Positions 28,276-38,575 of a stretch of 59,804 bases of DNA are shown here, one piece after another. A model generated the notes under the pieces. That model ran no database searches. It was not told where the DNA came from and saw nothing but the letters and a program-made list of their open reading frames with translations. The position numbers and the translations under genes were made by a program. Source of the DNA: Desulfurococcales archaeon (lineage in GTDB: Archaea; Thermoproteota; Thermoprotei_A; Sulfolobales; NBVN01); the NCBI GenBank assembly GCA_027064885.1, contig JAMOOZ010000044.1:1-59804 (forward strand), in the 5' to 3' direction. How positions within the stretch are numbered: the stretch's first letter is position 1; the number at the start of each line of letters is the position of its first letter.

Positions 28276-30300
28276 GGCTAATGAGCGGGACTTACGGTAC
28301 TCTTTCAAAATGGCTTCTAAATCTGCGTAGGTTAGCTCCCTTTGCCTCACCATTTCTTCCTTAATTCTTGCGACCTTCTCCTCAGCTGCACGCAATCTGC
28401 TGAGTATCTCGGAATCCACTGCAACTAAGCTTGGACTCACATCCCATACTTCCCGGGCCGTCGTTGCTGGTATCAAATACTTTCTTACAAGAAGTTCAGA
28501 GTCTTTCTCGCGACCCGGTGGCAACACAACCTTCCTCGAGGCTAAGCTACCTGCAGCACCAGCCGAAAGTATCTGACGCAAATCGTCGACGAACACCGCG
28601 TTTAACTCGTCATCACTCACTACGTACTTAACCCCATAGCGCGGCAAAAGCATTAATTCGCCCGCAAACATACGTTCAAGAACTTTGCCCACAGAGGTTA
28701 ATCTTTCCCTCAGGCTAAGCACTTCATGCTCTAGCTCCTCAATTCTCTGTGAAGCATTCTTAAGCCTTGTCAGAAGCTCACTAACTTTCCTGTCCCTAGC
28801 AATTTTCTCGTTCATAGACTCCGTTAACGTCCGCACACTATACTCCAGCTCCCTAATACGAGCTTCAGAATCTCTGACCTTACTCTTCAAAATTTCGCGT
28901 TCTCGAAGCAACTCATCCACACGCCGTTCAAGCTCCTTAATCTTCTCAGTATATTTAGAGACCTCGTGAGCCTGGTACGGCATCGTTAGCGAGACCTGCT
29001 TTCTTAATGAAGCTACTGAAGGTTCTGCTGGCTTAATGTAGTCGTTAATTATATCCTCGATTATCGCGCTTAGGGGCTCATTCATTAATATTCGTACCTT
29101 ATACTTCTGCAAGTTCTTTACAGGGAGTCCCATATTCCTAATTTTCTTCACTAACTTCTCCAGCTTATCCTGATAAAACCTATATGCTCTCAACGCCGCA
29201 GAGAGTGCGTCACGCTCGTGCGTGTTCTTGATCCCAACTCCGTATGAGCGGCTATACTCTGACACCAGTATTTCCTTCTCGCTTGTGGAGAGCGAACGTG
29301 GAGGCACAAATAGCTGGGCGTTCAGCATCGCCGCAAGTTTTCTGACCACTTCGGGTGGTGGGTTCTTATCAGTAGCTACTATAACAGGTATGCCTATACT
29401 CGTGAGTTTCGAGAGTATCTCTCCTCGGTCAAGCTCGCGCCCGGATGTTATTAGGTATGGCTTCATATCTAAATCTATTACAGCTAGGCCAGCCTGCATT
29501 CCAGGATCGTAGCCAACTATGAGGTACTTCTTAGGAGTCTCCTGCGGTGCGATTAGTTTAAGGAACTTCCTACTTATGACTGGTTTTATCCTCACTTCAA
29601 CATCGTGGCCTTTAACCCTTTTCACAACACCGAATAGCTCCTCCCTCGACGCATATACGGTAAATACTGCCTGCTCAACTCCTCCCTTGCTACGACGAAT
29701 CATTACGTCGTAATCAAATCCACGGCGCTCTAACTCCTCTCTAAGTTTCTTAACCATTCGCGCTACAGCTCCTCGGAGATTTCTCTGGAATTTATTCGCA
29801 CGCGAGCCTCCGGCATGACCAGACCTGCCTTTGAATACATTTATCCTGACCTTCCTTTCATAAACGTCTAGTCTCTCTCCGTACCCGCTCCATGCTAAGG
29901 TTGCAACAAGAACCGCTGTCCTAGCGGGATTCAACCTACCTTTATCGAGTTCCATGCCTGCTATGTTGGCTACACGTCTTAAGTTCACGAGCGTCTGCCC
30001 TTCTAAAGTTACCTGAACGAATTCTGTATCTGGCGGTACGAGCTTCAGTATTCGAACTAAGTTCCTTTTAGAGCCTCCTAATTCAAGGATGTTGTCCGTT
30101 GCTAGCGTTGCGGGTCTGTAATCCCATAGGTACCTTACTAATCGACCAAGGTTACCTCTATCTACTTTGAGCGCTCGGCCGTTCCTAACTAGTGCTATGG
30201 CGTAGACGTACTTATTAAGGGCTTTGCCGCCGCTCCTAACTATGTCTACGCCTACGTATGTCCGTTCATGCCTATAACTCCTCTGCTTCTCCCCTGACAT
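28219..30300 (-). CDS. DUF460 family protein (RNase H-like folds plus long coiled coil)
   Basis: YVGVDI, LATDNILEL, LIVGYDPG..AGLA, IVATD..PPP, NTHERDALSAA, C-terminal coiled coil. Confidence 0.88.
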   Translation of the reverse strand: MSGEKQRSYRHERTYVGVDIVRSGGKALNKYVYAIALVRNGRALKVDRGNLGRLVRYLWDYRPATLATDNILELGGSKRNLVRILKLVPPDTEFVQVTLEGQTLVNLRRVANIAGMELDKGRLNPARTAVLVATLAWSGYGERLDVYERKVRINVFKGRSGHAGGSRANKFQRNLRGAVARMVKKLREELERRGFDYDVMIRRSKGGVEQAVFTVYASREELFGVVKRVKGHDVEVRIKPVISRKFLKLIAPQETPKKYLIVGYDPGMQAGLAVIDLDMKPYLITSGRELDRGEILSKLTSIGIPVIVATDKNPPPEVVRKLAAMLNAQLFVPPRSLSTSEKEILVSEYSRSYGVGIKNTHERDALSAALRAYRFYQDKLEKLVKKIRNMGLPVKNLQKYKVRILMNEPLSAIIEDIINDYIKPAEPSVASLRKQVSLTMPYQAHEVSKYTEKIKELERRVDELLREREILKSKVRDSEARIRELEYSVRTLTESMNEKIARDRKVSELLTRLKNASQRIEELEHEVLSLRERLTSVGKVLERMFAGELMLLPRYGVKYVVSDDELNAVFVDDLRQILSAGAAGSLASRKVVLPPGREKDSELLVRKYLIPATTAREVWDVSPSLVAVDSEILSRLRAAEEKVARIKEEMVRQRELTYADLEAILKEYRKSRSLASQKMSKVKYFEGYVRKHD

Positions 30301-31162
30301 ACTTGATGGCTCTCTCGACATCAATGTTGACTCGGTAACGGCGCTTAAAGAACTTGAGCACGTATTCCACGTCCCTGCAGAGAAAAGCCTTGTGGTTTGG
30401 ATCGTCTCTGTACACGTACTGTGGCCAGTCGATTATGTAGGGTACCTCATTATCGCCTTCTATGGAGACGACTATGTTGTACTCGCTTAAGTCACCATGG
30501 ACTATGCCTACATGGAGGTAAGCTTCCCTCAAAGTGTACAGTATCTTTTTAAGCAATCCCTCAGGGTCAATCGCTACTTTGTAGCGGTAAAGTTCGACCC
30601 CACTTATATAGCTTAACACTACTGCATGTCTATTCCATCCATAGGGTTTAGGGACGTAAGACGTGAATTTAATTAAGTCCTTCAGCGCTTTATACTCTCT
30701 CTCAGCCGTAACTTTAGATCTGATCATCCAATTAGCCTCGTCCGCAAGGTAGGATCGCACTCTCTTTACCTTTTGGAAGCTGACGCGTCCTATTTTATAG
30801 AACTTCACAGCAAGCAAGCGTCCTTCAGAGTTTTTGGCAATGTATATTTCGCTCTCCTTCCCCATACCGACCTTTGTCCCGAGATACGCTACTATCCCAG
30901 CATTACTAAGAGAATGAAGGGCCAGCAAATCTAAACCTATGTAGGTAAGGCGGTAGCCTGTCTTAGGGGTTGGTGTCCGTATTATCGCTTTTATCTTGTT
31001 TAGCTTAGTTAATACACGTGCCAGAACCTTAGGCGGCAGTTTGCTTTTCTTCTCTATTATCTCTAAGGGGACATATTCGTACTTGCCCAACATCGAATCT
31101 AGAACCCTAAGGACGATGAAGCAATTTTTGTCTAAGTTCTTGTAGAGTAAAGCTAACTCCAA
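30272..31162 (-). CDS. rio2: RIO2-type protein kinase
   Basis: N-terminal wH (YEYVP, GYRLTYIGLD), GMGKESEIY, HGDLSEYNI, IIDWPQ. Confidence 0.95.
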   Translation of the reverse strand: MELALLYKNLDKNCFIVLRVLDSMLGKYEYVPLEIIEKKSKLPPKVLARVLTKLNKIKAIIRTPTPKTGYRLTYIGLDLLALHSLSNAGIVAYLGTKVGMGKESEIYIAKNSEGRLLAVKFYKIGRVSFQKVKRVRSYLADEANWMIRSKVTAEREYKALKDLIKFTSYVPKPYGWNRHAVVLSYISGVELYRYKVAIDPEGLLKKILYTLREAYLHVGIVHGDLSEYNIVVSIEGDNEVPYIIDWPQYVYRDDPNHKAFLCRDVEYVLKFFKRRYRVNIDVERAIKYVRGEAEEL

Positions 31163-31199
31163 TTCCTTACCCTTTTAATGAAGAATATAATGAACTAAA

Positions 31200-31266
31200 A
31201 ATCTCAGCCACCGACCCCTCATCACTTTACCTTAAGTCATCAGACCCGGTTTCATTCATCACTGAC
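31200..31266 (-). ncRNA. Box C/D guide sRNA between mat and rio2
   Basis: C GTGATGA 31262-31256; guide ATGAAACCGGGT; D' CTGA 31243-31240; C' GTGATGA 31225-31219; guide GGGGTCGGTGG; D CTGA 31207-31204 (all four boxes are perfect consensus). Confidence 0.93.
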
Positions 31267-31284
31267 GGTCGAGTGTTTTGGTTA

Positions 31285-32511
31285 CTAAAACAGCATTATC
31301 TGTCCATTGACTATGAGTTCCGTTAGCTTCGTTATATTTTCAAGTTCCTCGTTAATTATTGATTCTGCGTCCGACTTCATGGAGAGGAATGATGCGGGAT
31401 CTTCCGGAAGTATTTTTGCCACTGCTACCTGAGGTAAGTCTATTGGATGACCTATTTTTGATAATATCTCTACATAGACCTCGCGAACTTTCGGGATCTC
31501 GCTAGCGATTCTGTTGGCTATCCTCATGGCTAATACATTATATAATTTACCAACGTGACTAACGGGATTCTTTCCTGCCGTTGCTTCAAGACTCATGGAT
31601 CTTAGGGGAGTTATTAGTCCGTTAGACCTATTGCCTCTGCCCGTCATTCCGTCATCTCCGTGCTCTGCCGACGTTCCCGTTACGGTTATGTAGGCTATCC
31701 CCTTGTCAGGCTTGTCTGCTGTATTAACTTGAACCTCGACTTCGTAGTCGGGTGCTATCTTAGATGCCAAGTCGCTCACCTTGTTTAGAACCTCCTCCTT
31801 TACCGATAGGTAATGATCCATATCGGGTATTAACGAGGATATCATGGCTGCCGCAATTGTCAGCGTTATTTTCTTCCCTGTCCTTAACCCCATAACCTTA
31901 ATGTCCTCTCCGACCTCAGGCAATTTCTCCTTGAATTCCCTGGAGTTAAGGAAACGCTCGGTCTTTAGGACTAGAGTCTCCAGCGTTGAGAGCGGGGCGA
32001 AGCTTACGCCGAAGCTTGTGTCATTAGCTAAAGGCTTAGTCTTCTTGCCTAGCTCGTAGAGCCCCACAAGGTCTGAACTTCCACTCCTTATCATGTAGTC
32101 TACAATGACGTGACGCTCTGGATCGAGGAAACGGAAGTTCTTTTTTATCCAGTTCTTAACGGCCCCTATAATGAGTGTCCCGACCGGAATTCTCTCTATT
32201 CTGCCATCCCTGCTAATGACGTATTCCGTTGCCCTGCCAGCAACTATTATGTATATTGGATGAAGAATTTCTCCGCCACCGAAGACGGGCCTTGCCTGAC
32301 CCCCGACAAGCAGGACCTTATCGAGGTTGTGGTGAAGGATGTATCCGTAGTGCTCAAGATAGTATTTCGAGAGAATAACACTGGATGCCTCAGAAGCCGC
32401 ATCCGCTACGTAATCCGGGTGACCAATACCCTTTCTCTCAACAAGCTCTACCATCTGCTCCTCAACCGGCGTCCAGTAAACGGCCTCCACACGTATGTTT
32501 CTTCCCCGCAT
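31285..32511 (-). CDS. mat: Archaeal S-adenosylmethionine synthetase
   Basis: [49 protein letters not shown]. Confidence 0.97.
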   Translation of the reverse strand: MRGRNIRVEAVYWTPVEEQMVELVERKGIGHPDYVADAASEASSVILSKYYLEHYGYILHHNLDKVLLVGGQARPVFGGGEILHPIYIIVAGRATEYVISRDGRIERIPVGTLIIGAVKNWIKKNFRFLDPERHVIVDYMIRSGSSDLVGLYELGKKTKPLANDTSFGVSFAPLSTLETLVLKTERFLNSREFKEKLPEVGEDIKVMGLRTGKKITLTIAAAMISSLIPDMDHYLSVKEEVLNKVSDLASKIAPDYEVEVQVNTADKPDKGIAYITVTGTSAEHGDDGMTGRGNRSNGLITPLRSMSLEATAGKNPVSHVGKLYNVLAMRIANRIASEIPKVREVYVEILSKIGHPIDLPQVAVAKILPEDPASFLSMKSDAESIINEELENITKLTELIVNGQIMLF

Positions 32512-32640
32512 TTTGCATACCTAATTTCAGAGGGGGGACATATGAAATTAAAGCTTTCCTTATTTCTAGTGAAACTACTTAACGCTAGCGTTGAACTGTA
32601 AACAATACCACGTAACAAAGGTGAGTGAAAGCCGGTAGAG

Positions 32641-32892
32641 CTACTGCTTGTGGTAGTCAACTATTATATAGAGGATCTGACTCCCTCTGATTAACACAGT
32701 GCCGTACCTAGCTATAGGCTCTCCCCCTTCATCAGAGATTTCCTCACAATCAGTCATGACCACATTCATTGTGGGGTCGGTCATTATTAGCCTACCATAA
32801 TACGAGTTCCCGTCTTTAATCTTAACCAGCACGTCTTTATTGACGGAAGACCTTAGAGTCCTTAGAGGACTCTCGCTTCTCTGGATTGCCAT
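32641..32892 (-). CDS. Sm-like archaeal protein (SmAP/Lsm, probably SmAP2 type)
   Basis: Sm1 G.L...DPTMNVVM..C.E, Sm2 VLIRGSQI; upstream of mat as known for crenarchaeal SmAP2. Confidence 0.93.
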   Translation of the reverse strand: MAIQRSESPLRTLRSSVNKDVLVKIKDGNSYYGRLIMTDPTMNVVMTDCEEISDEGGEPIARYGTVLIRGSQILYIIVDYHKQ

Positions 32893-33006
32893 AGTCCACA
32901 CCTACAGTCTAACCTAATGCCTCCTAATTTAAGTTTTAGGTGAGTTTCCTGTATCAGGCAGGTCACGACTTTTAAAGCTATTCATTAAAATACTTAGGGG
33001 TTATTT

Positions 33007-33270
33007 ATGAGCGAACGTGGTGAAGTAAGCGTTGGTAATAGGCCTTTAGGGGATTACATAGTTTCGGCAGCAATATTGTTCAACCAAGGATATCGACAGG
33101 TGTTAATACGTGGAAGAGGCAATAATATCTCTAAAGCAGTGGCATTGTACAATGCACTAAAGGAACGTATGGGTGACGCCCTAAAGCTTGTGGACGTCCG
33201 GATAGGAAGTAATGAGGTTAGAGGCAGGATAGTGTCATTTATCGAGATACTAATAGAGAGAATCTATTAG
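33007..33270 (+). CDS. Alba paralog (Alba2-like)
   Basis: VGNRPLGDY, IRGRGNNISKAV, IGS....VSFIEI. Confidence 0.88.
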   Translation: MSERGEVSVGNRPLGDYIVSAAILFNQGYRQVLIRGRGNNISKAVALYNALKERMGDALKLVDVRIGSNEVRGRIVSFIEILIERIY

Positions 33271-33302
33271 TGGAATAAACGACAAATACCGTCTGTTCCG
33301 CA

Positions 33303-36300
33303 TTATAGTGCCTCTGCGCGTGTCTGTGTTTCCGGCACCGTTAGCAACTCTTCCGAGGCCGCCATGAGTTCACGGCCCACCCTAATCCTTACGACATCAC
33401 TTAGCAACAGGATTAATGCACTCTTCCTGCTTATCTTACCCTCCCTTACGAGATCTAATAACACCTCTAGCTCTCTTGTAGCTTTTACATCACTTAACTC
33501 TGGGTAATATCTGCTTACTAAGTCCGCAACCTCCATACCGAGTTTCGTAGGTATCAGGTATAGTCTCCTCTTGGAGGCTATAACGTAACCATGGCGCATA
33601 TTATTCTCAACTGCTTTTGCGTACGTGCTAGGTCTTCCTATTCTCTTCTCCTTCATTATCCTGATCACATCTGACGCCGTGTAGAGTGAGACCTCCGATG
33701 CCCGTACTACTTTAGACTCTATATTCTCACTAAACCTGAATACCTTTCCTTGCGTGAAGTACCCATAAACTCTTTCTGGGAGTACTTTCATGAAGCCCTC
33801 TTCAATTATTTCGACAGGTACCTCCACGTGAAGTTCTGCGTCACCAAGTATTACCCTGAACTTACGGACACGTAGCTTTGCCGGGGTCATTTGTGAAGCT
33901 ATGAATCTACGGAATATCAGCTCATACAGCTTCTTATGGTACCACGTTAAGTTACTGAACGACATGAATCCCAGGTCTTCAACCTCATCAAGACTCCTCA
34001 GGGGCTTAGTCGGCCTTATACACTCGTGCGTTCCTTCACCTCCCCAAGATCTAGGACGTATATCAGAGCCATACCCTTCTTTAATCAAGTACTCCTTCGC
34101 AATCTCGATCCCCGTAGCAGAGACGTGGGTACTGTCGGTTCTATGGTATGTTATATAACCGAGTTCAAAGAGGTTCTGTGCAATCTTCATCACCTTACCT
34201 GGGCTCAGCTTAAGTATCCTTACCCCATCAAAGAGTAGTGTGTCGGTGGTGTACGGTGGGCGCGGATTCTGCTCCTTCTCATATTCCTCGATTAATTCTA
34301 GGGTTACCCCTTCAGATGCAACATGACGGAGAATCCTTTCCGCTACATCCTTGTCTTTCGTGAAGTACTTAATGCGTAGTCTCTCTGGCAACGTGATTAT
34401 TAGTAAGTATCCTTTCGAGTCAACATACCGTCTGTACCGGTCTACTACCCACTTGAGGACAGGTGTCTGCACCCTTCCTCCGCCGAGCCAGTACCTATCC
34501 AGCCTCTCCTTGAGGACCGTGCTTAGCTCAAAACCTATTAGTCTATCGTCAACTCTTCTTACGATTTGAGCATCAACTCTTCTTAGGTCAATGTCCCTAG
34601 GATTCAGTAAGGCTTTGAGGAAACCCTGCCTAGTTACTTCATGAAACTCTATGCGTCTAAACACATTGACGTACGGGCGGAGCAGTAAGTACACATCATA
34701 AGAGATTTTCTCCCCTTCATCGTCGGGATCCGTGGCAAGGAATACTATGTCAGCTTCCCTCGCAAGTTTTCTGAGCGCGTCCACGATCTTCTTGCTATCA
34801 CGTATCCTCGTAGAGCCGCACCTTGGGCACTTATCTATTTCATCTGTGGTTTGATAACCGCAGTCAGCACACCTCTTAATCGTCGAGTACACTGGCGTCA
34901 AACCAGTTTGGGCCTTCCTTATACCGTGAAGTCCGCCGTTTATTTGTAAGTCAAGTATGTGTCCCAAAGTCGGGGCTATCGTCGCCACATAGACCTTATC
35001 ATCTAACGTAATCACAGTCTCATACGCAACGTACTCCCCTAGGTACCTTCGTCCAGGCCTACCAAACATCTTTGAAATTGTCCTTGCCTTAGTAGGTGAT
35101 TCAACGACTATTAGTACTGACTTAATTTTATTCACATCCATGCCTTCACCAGTGCCGCTCCTTGACTCTCTCTGCTTCCTCTTTATCTCGTTAAGGTCAG
35201 CATCCTCTAACGAGATAGGGTTGTAGGAGGCAACATAGTTCCGTAACTTCTTCTGAAATATGTTGAGAATGTCCTTGTCAAGGTAGAATATTACTGACAG
35301 TCCTAACGTCATTCTGCCCTTAAATAACCTGCTACATCTGCCAGATGCTTGTATATACGTCATTACGTCAGGTATTCTGACAACAAGCTTACTTCTCTTG
35401 TTAATGATGACGTAGGACTCACTAACGAATTTCCCGTGTTCCCTTACATATGCGGAGATGAACTTCATCAGTTTAGGTATAGTGCGTTGGATTTTCTCCT
35501 TAATCTCTGCTAGGAAGCTCTCTAACTTAATATATCCTTTTATTCCTGCCTGTAGCACCTTGATCTTCCCTGGACTTAGCTTAGTTAAGATCCTTACGAG
35601 TTCTTTCTCCTCCTCACTAAGTGTGAATCCTTTCCTTGATGCCTCAATGAGTGTTCTCACGAAAGATCTAGGGTTCTCTAGCATTGATCGTAAGTCAAAC
35701 TCGAACTTGGGAACACCAATAAACACAGTGTTGTATATTAGTAGCGGTTCATCTATTCCTCTAGTTAATATTCCGTAGTATGTCGCAACGCCAACAAGTA
35801 CTTCGGCCTCTCCACTCTTTAGTAGCTCTAATGCTTTCCTTGATGTTGCAAGTGACGCCTTAATTCCGTGTTTTACTAGTGTACTTACAAGTTTCTTAGC
35901 ACCACTTACACCGATCTCCTTACTTACAAATACTAGTGTGCCTCCCTCCAACTCTTTAAGTACCTTAACTAGCTTGTCCTCATCGTAAGGCGTAATTACC
36001 TCAACAATATTGCGTAAATAATCCATTATCGACCCAACTTCGAAACCTAGTAACTCCCGGAGAACCTTTATCCTAGTTCCCTTCGCTCTGCCTGTGGCAC
36101 TAGCTATTAGTAACTGCCCTACGCTACTCACATCTAGCTCCGCCGCTAGCTCAAGCTCAATGTCATAGAGCTTCTTACTGACTTCCTCAGCGCGTTCCTC
36201 GTTACCAGCGTACTTGTAGAAGAATAGCTCGGACTTGAGCGCGACTATCTTGCGAGCTAGTTCTATTGCTTTCTCCCCTATGCCTAGTGTCTTTAGTATT

Positions 36301-36932
36301 AGGTCTATTAGGGAGGATGATTTCAGTAGTGCGTCAAAGTCATCTACGATCACTAACCCATATCTAACATCATGGAATAAGTCCTTATTGCGGAAGAGGA
36401 ACGCGTGTGTCAGCACGTCTACGCGTTTGCCAGTGTTGTTCTGTTCGCTCTTCTTGAAGGTCGTTGAATCAAACACCATTACGCCTAATCCTTCACCGAG
36501 TGATTTCAGTGAGGATACTACTTGCTTCATTAGTTCCCTGGTAGGTACTATGTACAGAACTCTCTCGCCTCTATGTGCCTTGAAGATCGCGTAGACCTGA
36601 AGGAGTGTGGTTTTCCCGACGCCCGTCGGTGCGATGAGCGCGAAAGACTCCCCCGCTAGCATCCTTCTGGCCCATGCTAGCTGTATGCTCCAGAACTTCT
36701 TCCCCGTTAGTTTATTGAAGAACTCTTCAAAGTCCCCTAATTCATCCTCAAGGAGGAACGCGTCTATTAGCCCTTTTACGCGCCCTAGGTCGGTGATTAC
36801 TTTCCTTAATCCCAAGCTCCTTACGCGTTTAACTTCCCTCTCTGGCAAGCACCTATTGCAGGGTAACCCAGCGAGCAACCTCCTCTCCGTTATTGGCCCT
36901 CCACAGTTAGGGCACATACCCTTGATAATCAT
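33303..36932 (-). CDS. rgy: Reverse gyrase
   Basis: N-terminal Zn finger, APTGVGKTT, YIQASGRCSR, VESPTKA, ATDPDDEGE, GRVQTP, ITYHRTD, IGRPSTY. Confidence 0.98.
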   Translation of the reverse strand: MIIKGMCPNCGGPITERRLLAGLPCNRCLPEREVKRVRSLGLRKVITDLGRVKGLIDAFLLEDELGDFEEFFNKLTGKKFWSIQLAWARRMLAGESFALIAPTGVGKTTLLQVYAIFKAHRGERVLYIVPTRELMKQVVSSLKSLGEGLGVMVFDSTTFKKSEQNNTGKRVDVLTHAFLFRNKDLFHDVRYGLVIVDDFDALLKSSSLIDLILKTLGIGEKAIELARKIVALKSELFFYKYAGNEERAEEVSKKLYDIELELAAELDVSSVGQLLIASATGRAKGTRIKVLRELLGFEVGSIMDYLRNIVEVITPYDEDKLVKVLKELEGGTLVFVSKEIGVSGAKKLVSTLVKHGIKASLATSRKALELLKSGEAEVLVGVATYYGILTRGIDEPLLIYNTVFIGVPKFEFDLRSMLENPRSFVRTLIEASRKGFTLSEEEKELVRILTKLSPGKIKVLQAGIKGYIKLESFLAEIKEKIQRTIPKLMKFISAYVREHGKFVSESYVIINKRSKLVVRIPDVMTYIQASGRCSRLFKGRMTLGLSVIFYLDKDILNIFQKKLRNYVASYNPISLEDADLNEIKRKQRESRSGTGEGMDVNKIKSVLIVVESPTKARTISKMFGRPGRRYLGEYVAYETVITLDDKVYVATIAPTLGHILDLQINGGLHGIRKAQTGLTPVYSTIKRCADCGYQTTDEIDKCPRCGSTRIRDSKKIVDALRKLAREADIVFLATDPDDEGEKISYDVYLLLRPYVNVFRRIEFHEVTRQGFLKALLNPRDIDLRRVDAQIVRRVDDRLIGFELSTVLKERLDRYWLGGGRVQTPVLKWVVDRYRRYVDSKGYLLIITLPERLRIKYFTKDKDVAERILRHVASEGVTLELIEEYEKEQNPRPPYTTDTLLFDGVRILKLSPGKVMKIAQNLFELGYITYHRTDSTHVSATGIEIAKEYLIKEGYGSDIRPRSWGGEGTHECIRPTKPLRSLDEVEDLGFMSFSNLTWYHKKLYELIFRRFIASQMTPAKLRVRKFRVILGDAELHVEVPVEIIEEGFMKVLPERVYGYFTQGKVFRFSENIESKVVRASEVSLYTASDVIRIMKEKRIGRPSTYAKAVENNMRHGYVIASKRRLYLIPTKLGMEVADLVSRYYPELSDVKATRELEVLLDLVREGKISRKSALILLLSDVVRIRVGRELMAASEELLTVPETQTRAEAL

Positions 36933-37010
36933 CCTAAATACCTGTGTGAAGGTTGTTACTTGAGGGCACCTTATAAGACCTCTACCTCATAAGGAAGGCG
37001 GGGATACTGA

Positions 37011-38543
37011 ATGCACCCGCGTGTTTTGACGGTCGCTGAGATGAGGGCTACGGACCTGAATTCGGAGTTCTGGGGTGTCCCAACAAGGCTTCTGATGGAA
37101 AATGCGGGGGCCGGAGTAGCCCGCGTAATAGTTGACACTGTGGGGGAGGGGCCTCATACCGTTGCGGTAGTAGCTGGTTCTGGCGGAAAGGCTGGCGATG
37201 CTTTCGTCGCCGCAAGACACTTACTGAATCACGGGTTTCAGGTTAACGTATACTTAACCAGCAAAGTGATTAGGAATGAGGATGCTGTAGCTAATTTCGA
37301 AGTTCTCAAGAACCTTAGGGGTGTTAAAATCACTCGCTACTCCTTAGGGCAACAGTTCTCTGAGGATGTAATTATTGACGGATTGCTTGGAACGGGTGTT
37401 CGTGGCGCACCCCACGGGGATATTGCTTACGCTATAAGATCGATTAATTCATCGCAGGGGTTAAAGGTATCTATAGATGTACCCTCCGGTGTCAACCCAG
37501 ATACCGGGGAGGTGCCCGGAGACGCCGTTAAGGCTGACATAACGGTGACAATGGCAGCAGTAAAGCCTGGCCTCCTTAAAGCCACAGAGTACGTGGGTAA
37601 GTTAGTGGTTGTTAACATAGGCACACCGAAGAACGCCTTCGAAGCCGTGGGGCCGGGAGATGTTGCTGTATGGTTTAAACACAAGGAGCGTGATGCGAAG
37701 AAAGGTGATGGGGGTCGTGTCCTCGTATTCACTGGCTCGAAGGAGTTTGTGGGGGCACCGTGGCTAACGGCGCTTGGGGCATGGTACGCGGGCGCCGACT
37801 TAGTGTTCCTTGCATCGCTTGAGGAAGTGTTAAGCCATAGGTTCAGTCCCGAGATTCTAGGAGTACCACTTAGGGGAGATCACTTGAATGCAGGCCACGT
37901 AAGCATTCTGAGGGAGCAGGGCTTCATACGCAAGGTCGACGTAATAGTTGCTGGGCCGGGACTAGGTCTTCATGACGAAACAGCAGGCTTTGTTGAGAGC
38001 CTACTGCGGCTTGCCAGCGAGCTGGGCGTGCCCCTAGTGCTTGATGCCGATGCACTGAAGGTATTACCTAGTATTAATATACCCGAAAACGTAACCCTAG
38101 TACTTACGCCCCATTTAGGTGAAGCATCAGCACTGCTACAGAGGAGCCTACGTCCTCAGAGTATTAATGAAAGAGTTGCCATAGCCCTGGAAATCTCTAG
38201 GAAGTACAGGGCGAATACACTTCTGAAAGGACCTGCAGACGTTATTGCGGCACCGACGGGAAGCTACAAGTTAAGGATTAGTGTCGGTCATCAAGATATG
38301 AGTTGTGGCGGTACTGGAGACGTGTTAGCTGGTATATTAGCGACTGCCTTAGTTAGGACTAAGGATCCCTTTAGGGCTGCCTGCGTAGCCGCGTTCACCA
38401 ACGCTATTGCTGGTGAGTATGCTTACATGCAGGAGGGTAAGGCATCGCCGTTAAACATGTTGAAATATATTCCTCAAATCTTGAAAGATCCCTTAGGTTT
38501 TTCGAAGAAATACAGAGGGCTTAAGCGTGCACTAAACTCATAA
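37011..38543 (+). CDS. nnr: Bifunctional NAD(P)HX epimerase/dehydratase
   Basis: LMENAG, DGLLGTG, SIDVPSG, GPGLG, VLDADAL, LTPH.GE, GGTGDVLAG. Confidence 0.95.
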   Translation: MHPRVLTVAEMRATDLNSEFWGVPTRLLMENAGAGVARVIVDTVGEGPHTVAVVAGSGGKAGDAFVAARHLLNHGFQVNVYLTSKVIRNEDAVANFEVLKNLRGVKITRYSLGQQFSEDVIIDGLLGTGVRGAPHGDIAYAIRSINSSQGLKVSIDVPSGVNPDTGEVPGDAVKADITVTMAAVKPGLLKATEYVGKLVVVNIGTPKNAFEAVGPGDVAVWFKHKERDAKKGDGGRVLVFTGSKEFVGAPWLTALGAWYAGADLVFLASLEEVLSHRFSPEILGVPLRGDHLNAGHVSILREQGFIRKVDVIVAGPGLGLHDETAGFVESLLRLASELGVPLVLDADALKVLPSINIPENVTLVLTPHLGEASALLQRSLRPQSINERVAIALEISRKYRANTLLKGPADVIAAPTGSYKLRISVGHQDMSCGGTGDVLAGILATALVRTKDPFRAACVAAFTNAIAGEYAYMQEGKASPLNMLKYIPQILKDPLGFSKKYRGLKRALNS

Positions 38544-38575
38544 CCTCGGATAACAGAATCAACGACGTGGTATTG

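Noticed and set aside
3051..36932. Possible inteins in rtcB, topA or reverse gyrase
   Set aside because: Lengths are normal and no intein N-terminal Cys/Ser block, HN C-terminus or LAGLIDADG motif was seen
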